DNA from: Ylistrum balloti
Lineage: Eukaryota
Reading direction: 5' to 3'
NCBI RefSeq assembly: GCF_031769215.1
Contig: NW_026781926.1
Location: 124,001 to 188,000, forward strand
DNA length: 64,000 nt
Shown here: in pieces, positions 25,643 to 36,945 of the stretch
Layout of the letters: each line of letters begins with the position of its first letter
Numbering within the stretch: the stretch's first letter is position 1
Made by a program: the position numbers and the translations under genes
The notes under the pieces: model-generated
Seen by the model: the letters and a program-made list of their open reading frames with translations, nothing else
Database searches by the model: none
What the model was told of the DNA's origin: nothing

Positions 25643-26251
25643 CTATTCAAAATATGTTGCATAAACAGTGGCAACAGCATATATCTCACCCTTGGAGTAA
25701 CTTGCTTGCGCGTAACTGTCTGTGCTGGCGTCCCAGAGACATCGACTGGCTACGCGCATGCCCTGTGCCGAGTTTTCTCCAATAATGACGTTACATATCA
25801 GTTTGTAGCGAACATAACCTAACTCCTTGACGCGATTTTTGATAACGTCCGTGAGGTTCTGAGCGAGATTGGAACACATTTTAGGGTCGTATTTCTCACC
25901 GTCAAGGTAAGATTCCAAGACATTATACATAATGGTATTCACTCTTGATGGATCGAACTTTTCTTTGGGAAGAGGTTCGAGTCTGTATGTGTTCTGTAAT
26001 TTGATGGGTATCCCGATGTGTTTGGGTCCTACAGATCCGGAGATACTGGTTCGTGAGACTTGGGACGGTCGCCGACCTGGAAAGCCGTACTGGACGCTGA
26101 GTCTGTGATCAGGCCGGGATAGCCGACGTAGATTTGGTCCCGTCACATTCAGTCCTGTGCTGTCCGAACCGTCTTTATGGATGACGGACAGACGCCTGCG
26201 TGCGTTCGTCTCGTGATGCTGTTCCAGCGCTTCGACTGTTAGCTTGGACAT
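25643..26251 (-). CDS. Tctex1 domain-containing dynein light chain (TCTEX1D1/DYNLT5-like), single coding exon, 202 aa
   Basis: Longest ORF in the track. C-terminal Tctex-1 domain with ENTY-like LQNTYRLEP, RYKLIC and ASRCLWDASTDSYA. Basic Ser-rich N-terminus. Candidate AATAAA at 24684-24679. Exact paralog assignment is uncertain. Confidence 0.92.
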   Translation of the reverse strand: MSKLTVEALEQHHETNARRRLSVIHKDGSDSTGLNVTGPNLRRLSRPDHRLSVQYGFPGRRPSQVSRTSISGSVGPKHIGIPIKLQNTYRLEPLPKEKFDPSRVNTIMYNVLESYLDGEKYDPKMCSNLAQNLTDVIKNRVKELGYVRYKLICNVIIGENSAQGMRVASRCLWDASTDSYAQASYSKGEIYAVATVYATYFE

Positions 26252-28189
26252 TGCTGTATTTGTTTGTTAAAAATCTGATTCCCGTCTGTATCATATATTT
26301 GTTATCTGTAACGAGAAAAGTTATTAAGCTTCAAATTACTTTCAGATGCGCATTGTTGCAAACCTGTAAAACACAGGTACATAGTACAAAATTCCATCCC
26401 GCTAGCTTAATTTCTGTGATCAATACTAACCACAATAAATGAAGTAAAATCGTTTAAGGATAGATGTAAACAACCTTCGGACTTTATTTTTTAAATCCTG
26501 ACAATTATTATCCAGTCCTTGTCTTTTTTTATACAAAAAACAAAAAAGGCTGTATTGGTCAAGAAAAGAGGGTTTTTGTCTCCTAATTGTAGACAATTCC
26601 CATTTATCATAGGCATTCTATCAACAGTACTATTATAATTCGGTCAAAGTTTAAATTAAAAAGCACTAAAACAATGTAATACCACATAGACAGCTGTAAC
26701 CTTGTGTCTATCACATACGTCCCTGTCAACTCCGGCTGTCGTATTAACGACAGAATACAATGTAATGTTAATAATAGATATTGATCAACTATATTTGTGT
26801 TCATCTGTCAAAACAATAGTTTAAAGCATTGTTTGTTAAGCTATATTTAGACTGTTATCCGATTAGTCACGGCTCAGATTTCCGACGGTGATTCCAGACT
26901 TTAGATGGTCCATCATCGCATTGGCATGGATGGAATGTTGACAACATAAACACGAATTGTGTCAATCTAAACTGTTTGTAGGTGTTGTTGTTTTGGTAAA
27001 ACATCTTTAGAAGAATACCACAGCTCAATGATTACTAACAGAATTTGTAAATAGCGACTAAGGTAGGTGCTTCGAAGAGTTTTCGCATTGCAATATATTG
27101 CGATATTCAAAGAGATGTTGGGATACATTGCGATATAGTGTACTTCAGTTTTGAATTAAAGTATTTGTAAGACAAAAATGCATATAAATGAGCTCTAGCT
27201 TAATCTAATGTCATGGTGTATTAAACACTACATCATTTTGAAATCATATAACGCCACACATATAAGTACAAATTACTTAAGTTGAATTTTGTTTTCAATA
27301 AAATGTTACTGTAAAATTCCAGAGTTTTCGTTTGTCTTTATGAAAAAGTGGTAAAAAGTTGCTGCTATGTACTGCGACATTGAAAATCATGATGCAATAT
27401 ATTTTCACTAAACAAATGCTGCAATCCATTGACTCTTTCTAGTAGCGTCAAAGTTATACATATATATATATACTGGACATTGTAACACAATTAACGATGG
27501 AAAACAATTTTTGACTCGTGTCTTGTCCACATTTTAATAGTTTACCGTCTCGGCTCAACTAAATACGGTAAAATTAACCAAGAAGTTTCGAGTAGCACGT
27601 TCATCGTGTTTGTGTGTTCAACAGGTCATAAGATTTCGGAACTAGTACATGATGCACGACCGAACGTTTTCAATTAGCGTTCTAGATAATAAACATGATA
27701 ATTTTATACCCAAAACTTTGTATGCTAAGTTACACTTAAGTATGAAAGGTTTACTAAAGGAGAGACCAGATCTGCTGCCTGCAAACACAGGTACATGCAG
27801 GTGCCCGATCATGACTTGTAATTCACGTACATACCGCACTACAGATAAATGACTATGGTCATCAGTGACAATCAAATGCCACTAATACTAAGGTAGTACA
27901 ACGATGAATCACAATAAAGTTTCGGAATATGTGGACATAACATATTCCCTTTCTGGGCTACTGGGGTTCCTTGTGTGGAGTATTAAGGACAGGAGGGCAT
28001 TCATTGGTGATAAATATATAGGAGAGTTTCTGTGTATTGTGTCATTTCATTCAATTTCGCAAGGTTCACTTTCAATATCGTATCTCTCATATATCACTGA
28101 TGACAGATATATTGGTCGGAGATTCCGTCCGCGTCCCAATATTCGGTACTCGGTAGCAACAGAGGCCTATAATATTCTAGTATAGCCGT

Positions 28190-28690
28190 ATCAATCCGGA
28201 CTCTTCACTGCCAATAGTCTAGTACATCCAGAGCCAACAGTCCGGTACATCCGGATAAAAAAAGACTTGTCCGCTGTCGATAATCCGGTCTACCCGTATT
28301 CAGAATTATTCTGCCGTTCGAACGACTTTATCATATCGGCCATGGGGCGACTTCAGACCGAAAAATCGATAGACCGAGAGAATAATTCGGATTTGTACAC
28401 CCAAATCGTCTGGTGCATCCGGATTAATATTTTTTTCTCTGTTATTAATAGGGTACAATAGGATTAACAGAAACTGTCCCTTGCATTAGTCTGGTACACC
28501 CGTATTAATAGTGACATCAGTCTGATCAATAGGGGTTTTCCGGATGTCTGTAGTTCGGTACATCCGGATTAAAGGGACCTTTTCTTGTCGATATTCTTAG
28601 TTAAACCAAGATCAGGAGGGACCTCTTCTATATAGAGCGCTTTGTCGTACTAATAATCTGGCACACATACAGATCAACGGGACTCTTTGC
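28190..28690. repeat. Degenerate CpG-rich repeat cluster
   Basis: About five copies of TCYGGTACAYCCGKAT(T/A)AA at irregular spacing. Confidence 0.5.
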
Positions 28691-29205
28691 AAATGGTCGA
28701 GTTTCGAATCACTTTCTTTAGATATGAAATATGTCCGACCAGGATTTGTTTGACTAACACCTATCTCACATGCACATTAAGTTTCCCAGCCACTATAGGA
28801 ACTATTTCAATTAAATGGCTTGTCGGAATACTGTTGAAGGCAGAACCAAAGAAATATTGAAAGAGTGCTAGTATCAATTAAGTTATTTGACAAGTATGGA
28901 ACGAGTTGAGTATCTACTGAAGTATGATACAGTTCAAACAAGTATTCACTGTTAACCAAAACGACACACAGTATTATGATATACAGACAGTCAGACGAAT
29001 CCGCGGAGTATTTTCTCTGTCAGGAATCATGTTTTAATGTTTTATATGGATAAACCCAGTAACTTTGATCATCCTACACCTGAGTAATCTCGTGTCTGCG
29101 TGACCCCCAGCCATCTCTGTCTGTGATTGCGCCGGTTAAATCAATATTTAATAAACAAAAATCTATACTCATCAGATATTCAACAAGTTAGAAAAAGATA
29201 CTCAC

Positions 29206-29334
29206 GTTTTTAATTCCTTTCTTGGTTCAATATTATCTCTGAGTGATAAACTTTGATTGTTGTTGTTTATAATTATCACGAATCGGTTTTTTTCCTTTTC
29301 ACATCCCGACCATAAACGGGCGTTTCTTGGCGAC
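29206..29334 (-). promoter_or_regulatory. Candidate non-coding first exon and RFX X-box for the Tctex1-domain gene
   Basis: Donor AAC|GTGAGT at 29205; X-box-like GTCGCCAAGAAAC at 29334-29322; Fox-like TGTTTAT nearby. Matching acceptor CTTTTCTCGTTACAG| at 26306, 54 nt upstream of the ATG. Confidence 0.4.
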
Positions 29335-30854
29335 TCGCTCATCAATACACGTGAATAGCTATCTTCCAATAAACACTACTATCTTATAGACGTTCTTAAA
29401 GGCACACGTTACTGAAATCGGTCTTAAACAATGAATGGTCTACGGTAATTCAGATGACAGGAGTGTCTTCTTAAGTCTGACTGTATTGGTCAGTGTTTGT
29501 TGACGATTCACAAGGGTATTTAAAGATAAGACAGTATAAATATGTAGCATATCGAGAACATCTTCATTGTGTGTAGTTTTAATCTACACAACAATCGGTA
29601 TGACAGGTCCCTGAGGGGTCAGAGAATTGTTTCCCAATAACACTCGTAAACCTAACTACTCGTTTGTAAACAAGTCTGTACTTTACAGTCGTTTTTATTG
29701 TGACAGATCAACAGATTCTTTATAGCACGACATACTTCGTGTTTCACAAACCATTTAGAGAATTTGCTTGTCTATTCCATTAATATACGTAATATTTGAT
29801 AACCTTAAATACATGTCGTGTCGTATCGTGTTCAACATAAATCAATTCAGATTTTAGAATAAAAATAACATTTTAAAGCAGTTTCAATTATAGAATCCGG
29901 GTTCCACTTATCTTAACATCGATATATCAGTACATGTATCGTCATATTGATAAATTTGTCTTCAAGCCACACCGAAATAAAGACCTTGAAGTTCAAAGTC
30001 GTTTTTTCTTTGAGCCCATCGACTCATCCTAGCAGACAAACCATGATTTGTACATTGCATTCAATACAACCACAAATACCCAGATCACTTGTGGCATAAA
30101 TTATTGCATTCATTTATATATTTGAAGATAAAAGTAGATTCATAACACCATGAACGCATGTTGTAGGGGTTCAATTGACCCTTCGCTACTCTCTTCTTCT
30201 TCGGAATAAAAAAACATATTGAAAGAAGCAAGCGTTCAGATGATGTTAGATGTTCTACAAATGCGTCAACTCCCGAATTTGGAAAAAAAACCGAAAAATC
30301 CCGATACTCCTATTTTTCAAAGATTAGAAAATAATGCCTTTGTGTTACGGGTAAAAATTCGGTAAAGAAAATTTTGCTTTCACCTTGGTCAATCAGAGAG
30401 GTGGGGTCGTGTGGATGTCGGAGGGGCCCACGAAACACTCATTAAAGGCTGTCTTCAGGTCGTTTTGAGAACTATCGGTGGACTGTTACCTTTGTTATAT
30501 AATACCTTATATACGTTGTAATGCCCTTGGTACTAGATAGGACATATTGAAGCACGTGTATATCATTGTTTGCACATATAGTGTTTATTTTACTCCTACC
30601 TTCTCTTTGTAAGCGAATAACTTCAAATAAAATGTCAACACTGATGACTAGAGCATTTCTATGCAGTTTCAATAAATTACAACGAAACGATAACTTCGGG
30701 TTAGATTTAAAGTCACCTTCGGATTTTGTATTACTCGTTCGTACTGGAGTATTGTATGTAAATTGACAGTGACCTTTACTGGCCCATCTTCGCGTCAAAA
30801 CATCACGTCATCGTAACCATAACCTCGTGAGTCAGACAAATTGGTAATGACTCC

Positions 30855-31390
30855 GACGAGATAGGAATGGTAGGTATGAGCCAGACGAGTTAGGAATGGT
30901 AGGTTTGAGTCAGACGAGTTAGGAATGGTAGGTATGAACCAAACGAGGTATGGGTCAGAGGAGTTAGGAATGGTAGGTAAGAGCTAGACGAGGTATGGGT
31001 CAGAGGAGTTAAGAATGGTAGGTATGAGCCAGACGAGGTATGGGTCAGAGGAGTTAAGAATGGTAGGTATGAGCCAGACGAGGTTTGGGTCTTACGAGTT
31101 AGGAATGGTAGGTATGAACCAGAGGAGGTTTGGGTCTTACGAGTTAGGAATGGTAGGTATGAACCAGAGGAGGTATGGGTCAGACTAGTTAGCAATTGTA
31201 GGTATGAACCAGACGAGGTATGGGTCAGACGAGTTAGCAATTGTAGGTATGAACCAGACGAGGTATGGGTCAGACGAGTTAGGAATGGTAGGTATGAACC
31301 AGACGAGGTATGGGTCAGACGAGCTAGGAATGGTAGGTATGAACAAGACGAGGTTTGGTTCAGACAAGTTAGTAATGGTAGGTATGAGCC
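30855..31390. repeat. 45-bp minisatellite, about 11 copies
   Basis: Unit GAGTTAGGAATGGTAGGTATGAACCAGACGAGGTATGGGTCAGAC. It explains the 15-aa periodic ORFs at 30890-31401. Confidence 0.92.
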
Positions 31391-34300
31391 ACAGCCGTTA
31401 GTGATGAAACTTTTATAGTGCTTAAAGAGCCATCCTCGTTGATGTTACATTTGTAGGTTTAGGCGAGTTTTCTGGGTATTTGCCACCCGTAACAGATGTT
31501 GTTTTTATCTATCCAGTTTGTTATAATATCTATATTAAATCAGTATGTTTACAAGGGACAACGGCACATTTTAACAGTCTGATACACTGCCACCGGAAGG
31601 TGTGTCCCGTCTTGAAAAATTACTTATTCACACGAGACTTAAATTTGCACTTGAATTAGCAAATTAGACTCTTAATATTTGAATATGGTAAACACACACA
31701 ATAACTTTTTACTGGTTGAATCTTGATTATGTATGCCTAGTGATCCAGACCGGGATACCGATACTGTGTACATTTTTCAACAATACCCTGGTATCGGCAC
31801 CCGGAGTTAGGATCACGTGTCTGTCGCCCAGACCATTCATAACGTTATCGTAAACTTTAAACACTAGACATTAAAACATTTACATTTTATTACCTGTATT
31901 AAGTGAACAATAAACTTCATAAGGTAACCACTGGATATTTAAATATAACAGTCTATAAATACCTATTATTCTAAATCTAACACATTAACAAAAATCTTCT
32001 CGATCATTTTCGTTGAGGTTCCGTCGATGACTTCTAAGCGAACGAATTTATAAATCGGCACGTTCCAGAACAAATATAACTTCAGGACTTTACTTTCATT
32101 AAACGAAATACATGCGAACAAATCGCAAAAACCTCTTACTTGTGAGGAACGCCATTCACGAAACCACTCAAAAACCTGTAAAGCACTCCGCGACTTTTAT
32201 ACTTCTAAATGTCAGCGTGGAACCAAATGAGTCAAACATAACACCATATTGGTTGTAAGGTCAGAGTGACGAGATGAGCAAGACTGACGACACTGATTGG
32301 GCGTGGACGACATAGGGAATTGGACAGGAAATTAACCTGCGACAATGTGTTATCCTTTCATTACTGGTTGTCCATTGGACTGACCTTATCAACGATACGG
32401 TGTGACGGAGCCAACATGGAATCCTACAGCATGTCACGGGAAGAGGTGGTGATGAAGAGAAGGAGGAGAAAGGGGAAGTATACAAAAAGGAGTCTACTAA
32501 CACTCGGAACACAAATTGAGATATGTATTTCTAATGGCGGCGTCATCAACATTTCTCGTTCAGTTTTGCCTTTGCATCCGTTGCCAAATACAGGTCCAAT
32601 TCTACACAAACTTTATTTCCAGTTAGATTAAATAGTGCACATACAAACCTACCATCATATGTTAAATATTGCCTAGATTATATCTTCCAAAAATTAGGAA
32701 AGTTAAGTTTAGCTGAACACCTCAACTTCTGAGCAGAAAAACAATGGATTTTTTCTCATTTACTTCAAAATTAGTTTAGTCATATCGACATTCATATAAG
32801 TTTCTCCATCTTACTCTAATAAGTGTATTATGAAAAACAGTTATATGAATACTAAAGATGACAGACAAAGTGATATAGAAGACGTTCTAATAACGCATTA
32901 TTTTCTATTTTGGTAAACGAAATGACGATTGAATAATGTTGTGTAGCAATGAATATCAGTACGTGTTTTAAAGATGCATGTAAACCGATGCCTGCTGGGA
33001 ATACCACTCGTACTCCCAGGACACTTTTAACACAGATGTTTCAATTAATAATTTTTCGCAAAGGAATTATGTTAATCAGCTAACGTGTGAATGAGATCAA
33101 TTGATCGAATGAGATTACGTTCCTTAATCATAATGGCACTCTTCAAAACACGGAGGGAGAAAAGGTGCGACGACGTTACAGCTAACGTAAGTAGATTTGT
33201 CACACCAACGGGCTGTGATCTGTACAGGCGCTAATCGATATACAATCAGTATCCATCATGCTTAGTGCTAAATGTAAGCATGAATGCTCCGCATGGTACA
33301 GCTTATATTCAGTATAATGATATAGGAACTCTTCTTTGTGGAGGAACAAACAGTCTGGTTAATGAGTCGTGGGAGCATTCGATTTGGATTTTGGATTGAA
33401 GAATGATCACGATTAAGCCGATAGTTATAGAAATCCGCATGCTTTTATGTATCATAGAAATAATACCTTCTTTAGATCACTGGGATGTGGTATTTCTAAT
33501 TTAATGGGACTCAGTAGATTGAAACCTACAATCTCGTGTCGCTAGGTAAATAAGGATTTGAGTACGATTGGAAGACCACGGTAAACTTTCCTCTTGTTTT
33601 TATTGAGTATATAATAGATACATTCAACATTCGTTAAAAATAAAGTACATGTTATGCAACACAAATTGCAGAAGTTTTTTTAATGAATAACTTGTAAACT
33701 GGGGAATTCGGCAATATAAAACGATATTGCTAGAACTAACAACTAGACTAGACTTTTTATAACCCTACAACCCTACTGGGTACATATTAAAGACTGTTAT
33801 GTTAATGTTAATAAGTATCGTGATATTAACTGCTGTCCCGTTAATTGTTATAGCCATCAGACAGTGTCAAGGGATTCAAATTTAGAAGCTTTTTTTTGTA
33901 ATCAGAAGTTAAACACATGACTTTTTTTTAAAATATGCTTGATATACTCTTTGATATTTCATGTCGTATGATGTTATTTTCTGGTATTGTATCGTGTTAT
34001 GGCTGTTTCGGGTCCCTGTGGGGTACTAACACACTTATACACAACTATGATATAACAGGCGGTTGTTTACACAATGTCGACGTGTGAATAATGATCCCCA
34101 ACATACAACATTGTCCTTTCACTGGTGGTATAACGTATCAGCAGAGCACACTAATCAGGCCACGTTTATAAATCAATGGCACTGACGATGGAAAATAGGC
34201 ATACAATATCACCTAATTTAATCCCCAGAAACAATTAACAAACCGTAGACCGATCGCTCAAGCACATTTAGACTCTGCCAATTCATAGAAACGATTTTTT

Positions 34301-34412
34301 TTTAACAAATAAAGATTACGCCAGAATCCGTCCAAATATTGATACAGACTTGAACATACAAATATCTTGTATATTAAACATACAAATACCATGTTTATTA
34401 AAATGTATACAT

Positions 34413-34850
34413 TCTCCTGTTAGAGAAATCTCTATAAAATTATCACAACCCAAAAGGTCAGCACTTCCTGGACATACCGATCCCTGTAACAGAAATCTCT
34501 ATAAAATTTATCACAACCCAGAAGGTCAACACTTCCTGGACATACCGATCCCTGTAACAGAAATCTCTATAAAATTTATCACAACCCAAAAGGTCAGCAC
34601 TTCCTGGACATACCGATCCCTGTAACAGAAATCCCTATAAAATTATCACAACCCAAAAAGGTCAGCACTTCCTGGACATACCGATCCCTGTTAAAGAAAT
34701 CCCACCTAAATTTGTCACAACCCAAAAAGTCAATACTTCCTCGTATCCCTACTACATTTGTATATTTGCAACAACCCCAAAAAGTCGGCACTTCGTGGAC
34801 ATACCGATCCCTGTTAAAGAAATCTTTACTGAATCTGTCACAACCTTAAA
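34413..34850. repeat. About 68-bp minisatellite, about 6 copies
   Basis: Unit CCTGTAACAGAAATCTCTATAAAATTTATCACAACCCAAAAGGTCAGCACTTCCTGGACATACCGATC. Confidence 0.92.
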
Positions 34851-35861
34851 TGTCGTCAGCGTTTAACACAGTGACATGCGAATCTTTACCTGGACCCTAA
34901 ATTTCGTGAAAAAGCAAACCAGCGCTCTGTAATATTGAAATATACTACTATCATGGAGATGTTGCAACATGAAAATCATTTAATACATTAGATCAGGTGC
35001 GAACGTCCGTGTGGATTTGATATAGATTAATATGTTTGTCATTTACATACAAATACGTTGATATCACACCCGATTGATTATTACCACTGAAAAAAGGCAC
35101 CAGAAACTTACCTATTCGGTATTCATGTGTCCTTTGGAAAGGAATGTGTTATCCTTTATAGAAATTTAGTATTAGTATACAGGTCCGTAGTGAAGTACGG
35201 CTGAGCAATAAAATCAATCATTGGTGATATTGATATCGACCGGCTGAGTAGGTGAACCGTGACGTACTGCTTTACCACCTACAGAGGATGAAAGTTGATT
35301 CCCTGCACTTTCTGGAGGAGATCTGAATTCTAGTCTGTCGATTAACCAGTCTGCCGATTTTCCCTTGGGATCTTACCTGTATATAAGACCTAAGAGACAT
35401 ACTGACACTCATCTGCTGAGGTGACAAAAGGTCAAGTAAACGCATAAAGACCTACTGATCTCTCTTCTTCTTCATAAAGTTAGATCTCGGAACTAATACT
35501 TTGGTTCCTTTGACTTTCTGCGGGAGATCTCCGACCTATTTACAGTATAACATAAGGTCCTTTGTATATAATAATGGTATATCACTGGATCTTTATAGCG
35601 TCTTTATTACGCTTTCATTTAAATTTCTTTGACTAATCATGCTGACAGTAACCGGTGACTACCAGACTGAAACACGGACTAAGGTATAAACATACTAAAA
35701 AATCAATAAAAACTAATGGTCTTTGAAATTGAGTCCATACTGGAATAAAAATACTGAGAATGTTCGCCACCGTCAACAACGGTCTAGAAACCAAGGAAAC
35801 ACAGGTCTCGGTCAAAATGTTCTAAGCGGCTTGCTGCCATCTGTGTGTAATTGTTGTTGTC

Positions 35862-35955
35862 ATTTATAGCAATACCTTCGCTAGGATTCGAACTCGATGT
35901 CCCTGGCTTATTAGTGTGACGCTCAATCGATCCTGCTAAAAGAAACGTTCCCCAG
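35862..35955 (-). mobile_element. Diverged fragment of the same tRNA-derived LTR family
   Basis: CGCTAGGATTCGAACTCGATGTCCCTGGCTTATTAGTGTGACGCTCAATCGATCCTGCTAAAAGAAACGTTC aligns by eye to LTR 5411-5490. Confidence 0.65.
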
Positions 35956-36869
35956 TGTTTTATCAGGGTAATATGTATGTAGTAATCAGTCTTATGACAA
36001 TTACCTCTAACGAAACCAATGACAGGTTGCTGGTTACACTTTGCCATACACAAAGCAATGACTACTTAAGAGTAAGTTTTAGCCACTTGTACGGGGATTT
36101 AAAGTCTGTGTGCTGTGTATCACAGGGACACTGCAGTCCGTATGTTTGTGTTGGGACGTACATAATGCACGTCCCTGGTGTACCACAGGAACCTGGCACA
36201 AGTCCATGTGTTTGTGCGAAGTCCCTGTGTTATGTACTAATGATTTCATTAAGATATTATTTCAACGACATAGAACTTTGTTTACGTCACTTTTTATAGC
36301 TCTGTGAGATATTTTCTCTCCTAATGTTGATAGATACTACAGGGACTGGGTTCTACATCCCACACGAGGCTGTCACCTGGAGACGAAAGAGTGACATGTC
36401 CAAACTACATACATACAAAGCCTGGAAGATTTAAAACCCGTACTATGACATAAGTACTTAAGGAATACAAGTCGGAGGTCATCACTAACACCGCCACCAT
36501 AACAATGATTTGTGGGACATTGAAATGACTAGTTACGTATGATTGTTCTTGTTGTTTTTGCACTCATACTTCGTAGGCTGTACATAAAACAACCCTGTAC
36601 CTGTCATTTTGATTTTTTTGAAGTGTCCGTCGATTCCAGGCCTACTTCTTGACGTTTAAGTAATAACTTTGTCGGAGAATGTAAGGAATTTCAGCTACTG
36701 AAGTTGTATACTTTACTAACACAGGGTATCGTAGACGTTACCATATGCCGTTTTCAGTGAGAAAGTATCTGTAATATAAAGTAGCATAAGACTATTGCTA
36801 GAATAATAATGATAATGATAGTAATGAAAACATGCCCTCCACGAAAAGTTGAAAGTACATATCACTTTC

Positions 36870-36945
36870 CTTTAGTTAAGCGGTAATGTCCAGCTAAGAC
36901 CAAAGGGTCATTAGTTCGAGTCTCAGTGGGGGCAGGATATTTTTA
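36870..36945 (+). mobile_element. tRNA-like SINE head fragment
   Basis: TAGTTAAGCGGTAA (A-box-like) ... AGTTCGAGTCTC (B-box-like). No intact cloverleaf. Confidence 0.4.

Noticed and set aside
30890-31401. Repetitive ORFs (THTSSGSYLPFLT and others)
   Set aside because: Translations of a 45-bp minisatellite.
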